A stretch of 64,000 nucleotides of DNA from the IMG/VR virus record IMGVR_UViG_3300016667_000333, positions 1-64,000 of that record; one strand, given 5' to 3'. The translations under genes were made by a program, and so were the position numbers. Within the stretch, counting starts at the first letter, position 1; each line of letters opens with the position of its first letter. Shown here piece after piece: positions 27,857 to 37,800 of this stretch. Origin of the DNA: a virus. Below the pieces are notes generated by a model, which was given only the letters and a program-made list of their open reading frames with translations, searched no databases and was not told the origin of the DNA.

Positions 27857-30800
27857 ATGAACGAGAATCAATTAAAGTTTTTATACGACAACTACGGCAA
27901 GGACCAGGGTTTTTCTGACTACAACGAGTTCAAGGGACTCATGGAGAACGACGCCAATCGTAAGCTGTTTTTTGATGCCTCAAACAAAGACTTAGGCTTT
28001 ACAGATTATAATGAGTTTGAAGGTCTCCTAGGTGTAAAAAAAAAAGGGGATACTACACAAGGTTCAAACGAGCCTGGGCAGCCTTCTGCGCAGAGTGGCA
28101 CGGTTGACCAGGCGTCGATAGACCGCCAGAAGACGCTACTTTACGAGGCCAAGAAGGCCCACAAGGACTTCATCAAGGAATCGGAGCAGGCGCTCAACGA
28201 CGGCTGGGACGTTGACTACACCACCAAGTACTTTACAGACAAGCAGAACTATCTTGCGGGTATACTGGACGAGCTCGACAACTTGGGCGGCGACCAGGTA
28301 CGCCAGTGGACTGCCGGTATGCGTTCGGCTGTGGACAACAGCAAAAAGAATGTCATCGCCCAGCGCGACTCGATGACGAGCTATTTCAGCGACCCAGAGA
28401 ACCTATACGAGGCAGACAGGGGCAACCAGGAGTGGTTCAACTTGAACACAAAGGAGATCGAGGGCATACTGAGCGGCCGTCAAGTGAACCGACCTAAGGA
28501 CGGAATGCCGGACATAAATGTTCCCCAAAAGCAGGCGCTTTCTCGTGGGGTTCCAGCCCTAAGAGACATTGTGCAGAAGCCACAGGAGGAGATGTTCAAG
28601 CCAGAGAAGGACGACTACAACGCAGACAGGTTGAAGCTCGCGGTACACCAAGAGGCAAAGGACAAGTACAAGGACCTGCAAAGGTTTGCTAAAAACATAG
28701 ACCTGTCCATCGACCAGAACGGTGACGTGACATACAACGGCGCTGTCGTTGACTACGAGCTGTTGTCTCAGAACGAGGCGTTGTGGAAGAAGTACGTAGG
28801 AGAAGACTTGCCGTGGCCAGGTGGTGTGTATGAGCCAAACCCACAGAAGAGGGCTGACATAAAGAAGGAGGCCGAGAAGAGGATTAAGGATAAGTTGGCG
28901 GCAGCAAATGACCTGGTGGAACAGTCGATAGACAGCAAGGTCATCCAGGACATAATCAACAGGAACTTTAACGAAAAGACTTACGCCCACTTCATAACAA
29001 CGTCCGGGGACCGTATTGGTTATGGCGTAACCCAGCCGGTAGTTGACGCCAACAAGATTAGCGAGCAGGTAGACAAGATCGTTGCCCATTACGGCCTAGA
29101 CCCCAAGGGCTCTGTTGCGATTGACCTTTACGACAAGGCTGTCGCCACTGTTCAGCGCGAGTCTGACTTTTATCGCATAGAGGAGAAGTTTAAGGAGGAG
29201 TCTCCCGAGGAGTATACCCTCAGAGAGAAGTACAAGTCTGGCAAGTTCCAGGAGGAGATAAACGCCAAATTTTTGTCGGAGCTTGAGACCACGTATGACC
29301 TGTATGAAAATCAGGCAAACGACGAGGTGGGTGCAATCGTAGGTGCGGCCAAGAAACAAGCTGACACCCTTTCTGAACAATACAACCAACAGGTAGAGGC
29401 CTTGAAACAGCAGGCAACCGAGTTGACGCAGGCTTACCAGAACGGGGACATAGACCAGCTCACGTACCAGGACGGTTTTAACAAGATAAACGAGCAGTTG
29501 TCCACCATGGGCGACGTCTTTAAAAGCATGCTCCCCGACCAGGGCAAGCTGATGGAGGAGGCTAACAAGGTTTACTCAAGGTACAACACAGAGTTTGAGC
29601 GGAAAAAGGCGGCCATAATGAAGATCGCTGACGAGGAACTAAAGTCGGTGGCTAACATCCCGGCTGCTGACCTCGAGAAGATAAACAAGGCGTACCAGGC
29701 TGCTTATGACGGGGCCTATTCAGAGAAAAACAGTGAACTGTTTCGTGAAATAAAGTTAGCGGGTCAACAGAGCGCTATCCCGTTCTATATGGCCCGCCGC
29801 TCTTTAATGAACGGTGTAGGAAGCTGGATCAAGGACATGGGCGCATATACCGACAACTACGGGATGAAGGTGTTTGGCGAGTCTATGAAGAACAACTGGA
29901 GTTCTGCCGCACCGGACCTTGATAGGATGGGCTTTAACACGGACACCTACTACGAGTTCCAGAACATACTAGGAAACATGTTTGGATACATGGCCCCCGC
30001 CGTGGCTACCACCGCTGCTGTTACGGCAGCCACAAGAGGTGCCGCTACGCCAGAAGCCATCAGCTTCATGTCTGGATGGCTAACAAACTGGGTGTCAGAG
30101 ACGGCAGCAGGCGCCGGAGCCAATGGACAGGCTAAGTATGCAGAGACTGGGGACATACGCCTTGCCCAACAGGCCGTCAACAGGACCATAGAGCGCCAGC
30201 AGGACATGTTTGTTACATACGCGCTTGACGGGTTTGGATTTACCGGGAAGGCACAGAAGCTGGTTTCTGGCTTCACTAAGGGTGCAATGGCCGGTCTTAG
30301 AGGCAAACTAGCCCGTGCAGGCGCAGGATTTGCCGGGGAGGTTGTTATCGAGGCGTTTACACAGGAGATACCGCAGGCGATATCAGACGAGAACATCTTG
30401 GAGCACAACCGCGACCCGTGGACAGACTTCGGTGAAATGTATTCCGGCGCAAGGATTTCAGAGACCCTCAAGGGCGTTGCGCCCATCGGGGTCCTTGGCG
30501 CTATTGGCGGGTTTAGGACAAAGTCTCTGGCCCAGCAGAGGGCAGACGAGGCAAAGGCGTTTGAGGACAAGGCCACCCTGTACGGAGGCTTTGAAGACCA
30601 GCGCAGGCAATACTTACAAAACCTTGTTTTTGACAAGGACGAGAACTACGCAAGGGCCGTGGTTTCAGCCATGTTTACAAGCGGCAACGTGACAGACATT
30701 GAGGCGGCTGAGATGCAGAAGCAGATCACCCACGCCAACGAGTTAAAGAACACGGCAGACAGAGAGGGCTTGAATCGCTCGCAGAGGAACGTGTACGGAT

Positions 30801-33397
30801 TCTTTGCTGCCCGTGCCGACGAGGCTAGGAGAAACGCTGACAAGAACAGCCAGGACCCTATCCTCATGAAGATGTATAAGCAGCAGCAGTCTGACTACGA
30901 GCGCATGGGGGCGGACTACTTGCAGGGCAAGTCTCCGGACCTTATGACTCTTACGTATAAAGACGGCACCACCATGATGATGACGCCAGAGGACGCAAAG
31001 GGCTTGTCTGACAACAAGGACTTCTTAAACGCTCTGGCAAAAAAGCGTGTGACGGTTACCGGGTACGGCAACACCAAGCCCATTCTTGACGAGTTGCAGA
31101 CCAAGGTCAACGACCACAAGACTGCCAGCATATGGAACAGCCGGGTTGAACTGTCTTTAGGCTTTGCCAAGGGGTTGTTTGAGCCAGCCTTGGTAGACAT
31201 CGAGGACAAGAAACAGGCCGATCAGAAGGTGACGGCGCAGCAGAGAGAGGCGCAAACCGTCTACAACAACACCAACGACTTAAAAGAGGCGATAAAGTCG
31301 GCTGACGACTTCTTGTCTACGGTCGTTACCAACCCGCTGTGGTCTAAACTAACGGACGACGGAAGGAACGCCATCAAGTCCATTGCAGGGCAGATGAGGG
31401 CTGACCGTCAGCTCATGGAGAACAGTGACCAGGAGTCGAACCAGTACAAGGATGCAAAGGAAAGGATTGCCGCCAATCAAAAGGCGGTCTATGAAATACT
31501 AAACGGAAAAGAAGATGATACGCAAAACATCCAAGGGATATCAAGTCAAGTCGGAGTCGGGCAAAAACCTGTCGAAACCCAACCTGTCGAAACAACAGGC
31601 ACAGAAACGACTCCAGCAGGTGGAGTACTTCAAGCACAAGAAGAAGAAGTAGCCGATCCTCGCCAGAGGGTTCTGAACTCTATTACGGAGCAGGACTTCA
31701 TCGACAACGCCCCGGCAATAACCACCGCCGACATTGAGCGAATTGGTGCCAACGAACAGAACAAACAGCAGGCTATAGAAAAGGCTCGTAAAGAGGCCGA
31801 GTCTGCGTATGCCTATCTGGACGGACAGAAGACCGCCAAGGAGTTCCTAGCCGACAACGGCTACGACGTGGAGGGCATGAGCGACGCTGAGGCGAAGAAG
31901 TTTGCCGACTCTGACGCAGAGTACTGGAAGAACAAGTTGTCTGCCGAAGAGGCCAAGGGTGGCAAGAAGCCGTCTAAGGGCAAGAAGCCAGCCCGCACCA
32001 ACGAGGCAAAGATGGCCCAGAAGGAGCAGGAGGCACTAGAGCTGTTGGACAAGGGCGTGCAGGAAAGCGCACCTAGAGTTAAACAGTTGATAGCCAGCGG
32101 TATGACTCCGGACCAGGCTTATGAGGTTACCCGCAAGGAGTGGCTCGAGACTGAGGACGGTAAGAAATATACCGCCATACAGGAGGAGATCGGCAAGATG
32201 GGCCAGGAGAAGCCTACGGCACCGTCTCGTAAGAAGAAGAAGCAAGAGGCGCCAAAGATGCCCGAGGTTCCTACAACGGGTCAGCAGCGTATCGCCACCA
32301 TAAACGCGCTAGAGCAGATGCTCTACGACAGCGCTGTTGGCAAGAGCGACATGTCACTCGAGGAACTTTCACAGGTAAAGGCACGACTGGCCGAGCTCAA
32401 GAAGCAGGGCAAGGAGGGCGGACTCACCGAGGTAGAGCTGTTGATAAAGAAGGCGCTTGGTGAAAAGGTTGTGACCATGAGGGACGTGGACAAGATGGTG
32501 AAGGAAGACAAGGTAGAGGTCAAGTGTCCGCCCGCACCCAAGAAGGCCCAATACGGCATGGCTATGGGCTTTGTTCCGGGTGGCAAGTGGGACGTGGTCA
32601 AGGAGTTCAAGGGCAAGAGCCACGCAAACGGCGGTATAGACGTAGAGATTACCGGAGGTAAAATAAAATATACCGGCAAGGATCCAAAGTTCAAGGCTAA
32701 GAATGGAGCCTTTTGGAGGACGCTTGGAGACATCGGTTACACGGGAGTCGACGCGTTGCTTGGCACCGTCGGTAGCGTAGCCGGTATCAAGTCTATGCAG
32801 GACATCATTGACGAGGACCAGTACAGGAACGACAAGTTTGACGAGGCTGGAAACCTTGCGGGCAAACTTGCGGGCACGGCCTTAAAGGTTATCCCAGTCA
32901 CTGCGCCAGTGGCGTCCGCTGTAGGTGCAGTGGGTGGTATTGTGAACAACGTGGCCGGTATTGATGAAAAGAACTACGACCCGTCCAAGCACACTAGCAA
33001 GCTGGACAAGGCAGGAGACATAATAAACACTGTAGGAACTGTTGCCGGAATGGCTGTAACAGCAGGGGTTGCAAGCAATGCAGCCAAGACGTTTGAGGCG
33101 GGAGACAAGTTGAGCGCTGCACATAAGATGTCGATGCGATTGGCTCCTGTGAACAGGAACCTTGGGATGGCCTCTAAGGCGGCCAAGCAGATTGGTGGGG
33201 CCAACAATGCAATGAACGCGCCTCAGCAGCAGATAGCGACGCCACAGGCACAGCCAATGCAGCAGCCAATGCAGCAGATGCAACAACCAATGCAGCCCAT
33301 GATGCAAGGAAATTACAACCAACAGCAGCAGGTTGTAATGATAAATGGCGTAAATTACGCTCCGGATCAGTACGGGAACCTAATCCCTCTAATGTAA
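27857..33397 (+). CDS. Giant internal/ejection protein candidate
   Basis: 1846 aa. It has long coiled-coil stretches, two G/A-rich hydrophobic regions (APAVATTAAVTAATRGAA, and VIPVTAPVASAVGAVGGIV plus GTVAGMAVTAGVA) and a Q/P/M-rich C-terminal tail. Confidence 0.45.
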   Translation: MNENQLKFLYDNYGKDQGFSDYNEFKGLMENDANRKLFFDASNKDLGFTDYNEFEGLLGVKKKGDTTQGSNEPGQPSAQSGTVDQASIDRQKTLLYEAKKAHKDFIKESEQALNDGWDVDYTTKYFTDKQNYLAGILDELDNLGGDQVRQWTAGMRSAVDNSKKNVIAQRDSMTSYFSDPENLYEADRGNQEWFNLNTKEIEGILSGRQVNRPKDGMPDINVPQKQALSRGVPALRDIVQKPQEEMFKPEKDDYNADRLKLAVHQEAKDKYKDLQRFAKNIDLSIDQNGDVTYNGAVVDYELLSQNEALWKKYVGEDLPWPGGVYEPNPQKRADIKKEAEKRIKDKLAAANDLVEQSIDSKVIQDIINRNFNEKTYAHFITTSGDRIGYGVTQPVVDANKISEQVDKIVAHYGLDPKGSVAIDLYDKAVATVQRESDFYRIEEKFKEESPEEYTLREKYKSGKFQEEINAKFLSELETTYDLYENQANDEVGAIVGAAKKQADTLSEQYNQQVEALKQQATELTQAYQNGDIDQLTYQDGFNKINEQLSTMGDVFKSMLPDQGKLMEEANKVYSRYNTEFERKKAAIMKIADEELKSVANIPAADLEKINKAYQAAYDGAYSEKNSELFREIKLAGQQSAIPFYMARRSLMNGVGSWIKDMGAYTDNYGMKVFGESMKNNWSSAAPDLDRMGFNTDTYYEFQNILGNMFGYMAPAVATTAAVTAATRGAATPEAISFMSGWLTNWVSETAAGAGANGQAKYAETGDIRLAQQAVNRTIERQQDMFVTYALDGFGFTGKAQKLVSGFTKGAMAGLRGKLARAGAGFAGEVVIEAFTQEIPQAISDENILEHNRDPWTDFGEMYSGARISETLKGVAPIGVLGAIGGFRTKSLAQQRADEAKAFEDKATLYGGFEDQRRQYLQNLVFDKDENYARAVVSAMFTSGNVTDIEAAEMQKQITHANELKNTADREGLNRSQRNVYGFFAARADEARRNADKNSQDPILMKMYKQQQSDYERMGADYLQGKSPDLMTLTYKDGTTMMMTPEDAKGLSDNKDFLNALAKKRVTVTGYGNTKPILDELQTKVNDHKTASIWNSRVELSLGFAKGLFEPALVDIEDKKQADQKVTAQQREAQTVYNNTNDLKEAIKSADDFLSTVVTNPLWSKLTDDGRNAIKSIAGQMRADRQLMENSDQESNQYKDAKERIAANQKAVYEILNGKEDDTQNIQGISSQVGVGQKPVETQPVETTGTETTPAGGVLQAQEEEVADPRQRVLNSITEQDFIDNAPAITTADIERIGANEQNKQQAIEKARKEAESAYAYLDGQKTAKEFLADNGYDVEGMSDAEAKKFADSDAEYWKNKLSAEEAKGGKKPSKGKKPARTNEAKMAQKEQEALELLDKGVQESAPRVKQLIASGMTPDQAYEVTRKEWLETEDGKKYTAIQEEIGKMGQEKPTAPSRKKKKQEAPKMPEVPTTGQQRIATINALEQMLYDSAVGKSDMSLEELSQVKARLAELKKQGKEGGLTEVELLIKKALGEKVVTMRDVDKMVKEDKVEVKCPPAPKKAQYGMAMGFVPGGKWDVVKEFKGKSHANGGIDVEITGGKIKYTGKDPKFKAKNGAFWRTLGDIGYTGVDALLGTVGSVAGIKSMQDIIDEDQYRNDKFDEAGNLAGKLAGTALKVIPVTAPVASAVGAVGGIVNNVAGIDEKNYDPSKHTSKLDKAGDIINTVGTVAGMAVTAGVASNAAKTFEAGDKLSAAHKMSMRLAPVNRNLGMASKAAKQIGGANNAMNAPQQQIATPQAQPMQQPMQQMQQPMQPMMQGNYNQQQQVVMINGVNYAPDQYGNLIPLM

Positions 33398-34824
33398 TGG
33401 AAAAGAAGCTATTAGAAGTAGAAGGCGACGAGATGGCTATATTCTCTACCAAGGGGGTCATGGCTATTATTCCTAAAAACAAGGTAAACTGGGTAAAGAA
33501 AAAACTCAACGAGGGCTGCCACGAGTGTATCGACTCGTTGGTAGAGACGCTCCCAAACTTTGACGGCGACGGACAGAAGGCAGAGGACGGTGTGATGCTT
33601 GACACTGATCCACCCAAGCGCCGTGACCCAAACCAAAAGTTTTACGAGTCGGAGACTGAACCGGAAACGTACCAGGCGCAGTACCTGTTGCCGGAGGTTG
33701 GCGTCACCGCAGAAAAGCAGAGCGCGTTCCGTAAGGCCATAGCAAACCTAAACCCAAAGAACTGGTTTGTAGACGACTACAGCCAATACAACACAAGGGA
33801 TGAGGCGTATGCTGCCGCTAGACAAAACGGGCAGACCGAGTTTATGTACAACGGCGAAAGGTTTAACACCAAGATGGCCGGCACCCCGCAGCAGCAGTTA
33901 CAGTGGTCGGGCATAACCGACGAACAGATGCACAGGGGTATAAGACAGGGTCCTTTAAAAGAGGAGTTGGAAGACAGGATGGAGCAGAACCTGTACCCAA
34001 TAGGCTACGACAATTTCATAGAGCGTGGGTATAAGGCAGCCATAAAAAATGAAATGGACCCCCGACTGTTTGTACTAGAGCAGGACATTGTGGAGGGTAA
34101 CCTGTCTCCAGAGATGAAGAAAAGGTATGACGCGTACAGGTTCTACATAGGCAAGCCACAAAAGTACGACACGTTTAGCGTGTCAAAATACAAGCCGGGC
34201 AGGGCAAGTAATCCAGACGAGGTTTATTACTCCATGAACGACAACCAGTACGCGTCCGAAATGGTTGACAGGTACAACCGGTTCCGTGACCAATACACGG
34301 ACATTTCTAGTAGGCTGAACATAACAGACGAGCAGGCGGACAAACTGAAGCAGAAGTATCACTTGTACTATGAAGACGATTACGACACCCCGAGTGGGAA
34401 ACCTACAACCAAAAGAAATGCCGTAGCGGAGGGACTGTTTTATGCCGTGGACACAAAGAAGTCTGGTCAAGACCTAGACATATACAGCTTCCTTGAGGAG
34501 ATGGGGGACAAGGACCTGGCAAAGAAGTTTGGTCGTGGCGCTAAAGGGTCTGACTTGACCGAGTCTGATCTAAATAAGCTGAATGACTACTATCAGTTAG
34601 CAGACGTCTTGAACTATTATGAGCCTAAGACAGGGTCAGTGTACGACACCGACCCCAACTTTATTATGGGTAGATACAACCTAAGCAAGGGAAAGGACCC
34701 AGACACCGGCAGGGAATATATTTCGTACAGCGACCTCTGGGACATAGCCAAGCACGACTTTGGCAAGAAGTACAACGTGTACGACAGGATTTATCTCGAC
34801 GAACTTAAAAAAGATAAGAAGTAA
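33397..34824 (+). CDS. Hypothetical virion-module protein
   Basis: 475-aa ORF, TAATG overlap with the upstream giant gene; no motif accepted. Confidence 0.45.
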   Translation: MEKKLLEVEGDEMAIFSTKGVMAIIPKNKVNWVKKKLNEGCHECIDSLVETLPNFDGDGQKAEDGVMLDTDPPKRRDPNQKFYESETEPETYQAQYLLPEVGVTAEKQSAFRKAIANLNPKNWFVDDYSQYNTRDEAYAAARQNGQTEFMYNGERFNTKMAGTPQQQLQWSGITDEQMHRGIRQGPLKEELEDRMEQNLYPIGYDNFIERGYKAAIKNEMDPRLFVLEQDIVEGNLSPEMKKRYDAYRFYIGKPQKYDTFSVSKYKPGRASNPDEVYYSMNDNQYASEMVDRYNRFRDQYTDISSRLNITDEQADKLKQKYHLYYEDDYDTPSGKPTTKRNAVAEGLFYAVDTKKSGQDLDIYSFLEEMGDKDLAKKFGRGAKGSDLTESDLNKLNDYYQLADVLNYYEPKTGSVYDTDPNFIMGRYNLSKGKDPDTGREYISYSDLWDIAKHDFGKKYNVYDRIYLDELKKDKK

Positions 34825-34826
34825 AA

Positions 34827-37800
34827 ATGGCAAAAGGCTGCGTATATATACCCAAGACCGGCAAGGATGCTGGCAAGGTGTTCGGATCTAAGGAGACACT
34901 TGCTGCGCATATGAACTACACCCCGGCGATGGCCGACGTTATGGCTAAGTATCAGCAGACAGGCGGTGCCATGGACGTGGGCAGTGTGACCAAGTGGCTC
35001 ACAGACAATGGGTATTTGAAGACTGAGGGTAAGGCCGCAAAGGCTGGAAAGCCTCAGACCGGCAAGACCAGCGAGAATGATGGCCAGAGACTTAGTAGCT
35101 TTAAGAAGGGCGACGTGGTCTACCGTAACTATAACGGCAGGTATGAGGAGTACACCATTGCGGACACTAGCAAGGATGTTTGGAAGCTGGTGTCACCCGA
35201 CGGAAGGGAAAGCACCTGGAACGCGGCCAATAACGGAGGTTTCATACTGAAGGAGACCAAGGCTGAGACCAAGCCAACAACAGCAGCTAAAGAAACTACT
35301 CTCGTTGATAAATGGGAAAAAGCAGGACTAGAAATTCTAAACAAGTATGGTGTAGAGAGGTTTACTGATTGGCTAAGTAATCAGCCATTGCTTAGTGAAG
35401 ATGGATTTTATGGAATTAGAGACATTGCCAACAAGTATGGAATCAAGTTTCCTCAAACTAAAAGAGAGTTTGATGCAGAGGTAAAGAAAAATGGAGGCAT
35501 TGACAATTACATGGGTTCAATGGCCGACACCTTCATGTCAAAGATGAAGCAGGCTCCGGTTGAAAAGAAACCAACTGTCAAGAAAGAGTTCCCAAAGGCC
35601 CCTGTCACAGACGCGGTAAAGGCAGCGCTCAAGAGCGTGGACAATACCACGGCGGCCATCATGAACCTGGCAAAGGTTCTCCCGACGGTATACGAGTCTA
35701 TTACCAAGCAGGTCAAGATAACCCTTGGCAAGCCTGTCTCACAGCAGGTGGCCGAGGCGTACCACAACGCGGTAGAGAACGGCGTGGAGCCAGAACTTGT
35801 AGCGGCGGTAGAGAACGCTGTAGCGTTACAGGAGCAGATGAAGTCCAAGCCAAGCCTTGCAGACAACATTGAGACCGCAGAGACCCTGGAAGTAGCGGGT
35901 GTTCCTAACGGAGTTCGGGTGAGTAACAAGTCGTCTCTGGCTGACCTGGAGCGCAAGCATGCAGGCAACGCCACTAAGAAGGCGACCATTGCCATGGCCC
36001 GTGCGGCAGCCAAGACTCTCAAGTCTGTGTTCCCGATGATGGACATCCACCTGCACGAGAACACTGCGGACTACAACAACGCCATGGCGAACCTAGGCGC
36101 ACAGCAGAACAGCGCGGGTAACTTTACATACAGCACCTCTTCCGATGGGACGGTGGTTGGTCGTATCGACATCAACCTAAACAGGGCCACCCCACGCACC
36201 GTTGTACACGAGGTGACACACGCCGTGTTGCTGAAGACCTTTGGCGACAGTTCGCCTGCCTTCCTTGAGTTCCGCAACAACCTCGAGAAGATAATATCAA
36301 AGTCCGGAAACAAGAGACTTTCAGACTTTGCTGACAAGTACAAAGACATTGCGGACGACATAGGCCAGGCTGAGGAATACCTTGCCGAGCTTGGCGGTAT
36401 ACTGTCCGACAAGGAAACTCCATTAGATTATGGACTGGTACGCCGCATTGCTGAGATGATCAACAAGGTCGTGTCTACCATAACCTTTGGTCGTCTCAAG
36501 CCATTTGAGGACTTGCAGAACCAGAAGGACACGCTTGAGTTCTTCAATACGATTGCACAAAGCATCAAGGCAGGTACCTCGCTTGAAAACCTTATGGTTG
36601 CCGAGCCATATAGCTCGTCAATAGCTTTTGAAGTTGATCCGGATGGAACCTTTACGAAGTCAAAAATCAAGACCAAAGCAGCAATAGGTGATTACATCAT
36701 ACCAAAGGGCAAGAAGGATTTGGCAATTGCTACCGTGCCCACAAAATCGCTTGCAGAAGTTATTAAGGAATACAACGGTCGTGTAGTAATTATTACTAGC
36801 GACGCTACTGGATACGGAGTGGACAGCAAAGGCCGTGAGATTTATGGTGGACCTGGGTTTGCAAACAACAAGAAAAATGTTGATGATAAAATAGGATTTG
36901 CAAGTTTGAATGTTGGAACGGTAAAATCCGTTTACACTTCTGCTGACAAGGCTTACGGCAAAGGCAAGACCCTTGTTTTAATTATGGTTCAACCACCGCA
37001 CACTACCATAAACAACTCGTATGGAACCCAATATTTCATGGAATCGCTTATTGACATTTCAAAAAATGCAAATTGGAATGAAATCAAGGCGGACATAGAG
37101 AGATTATTGAAAGAAAGCAAGGGTATAAGAAATAAATATCCAGAGAAGACAAGAGCTAGTGACGTTGATCGATTAGTGAAATTCTTTAAGAAAATTACTC
37201 CTAACTCAAATCCGGACGCTCTTACTAAAGAGTATCTTGACATAACAGGATTCCAGTCAAGATCTGCAATAGCTAAAACTTTTATACTTGATCAACCCAA
37301 CACCCGTATAAATGTGAAAAGCGCAAAAACCAAAAAAGCGTTTTTGGATAATGGGGTTACGATTTATGATTTTTTGAAGGAGTATGGTGATGACACCATA
37401 TTGACTGATGAAATGATGCGTAATAACGAGGGTGGATATGTTGTTGCTGGTTTCGAAATAGACGTTACAAGCAAGGCAGAAAGAGAGGCTTTAGTCGAGG
37501 AAATACAAGGAAAAGGAATTGAACACCCTTTGTTTAATGCTAAACTTCCAGGCACAAATCACTTCGTGCTTGATGGTTTGTATGACGTGAATGAGAATTT
37601 TGCTCAGTACGCAAAACCAAACATGGAAATTACTCTTCCCGACGAAGAGTTGAATCAAATCGTAAGAGAACAGTATCCAAGCGTTGATGACTATAAGGCT
37701 GAGGTTCGTAAAGAAGCCGATAAAATAAATAAAGACAAAACCCTAAGCGAAGAGGAAAAGCAAAAAGCGATTGAGGCATTGAAGATATACAAGTCATTGC

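Noticed and set aside
28036-28045. A10 tract followed by GGGG near the 5' end of the 1846-aa gene as a programmed slippage site
   Set aside because: It simply encodes KKKG at about aa 61. A shift here would abolish nearly the whole protein, and there is no matched stop arrangement as at 27201.
29950-30636. 228-aa minus-strand ORF
   Set aside because: Antisense shadow of the 1846-aa gene, with A/S/P-rich composition and no start context.
32621-32641. HANGGID, resembling the M23 peptidase HxGxD motif
   Set aside because: The spacing differs from H-x-G-x-D, and no downstream HxH motif was found.
33556-33573. NFDGDG, resembling the multisubunit RNA polymerase metal-binding motif NADFDGD
   Set aside because: It is an isolated hexapeptide near the N-terminus of a 475-aa protein, with none of the surrounding double-psi beta-barrel context. 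It is too short to be meaningful.
35507-36064. 185-aa minus-strand ORF
   Set aside because: Antisense shadow inside the polyvalent gene.
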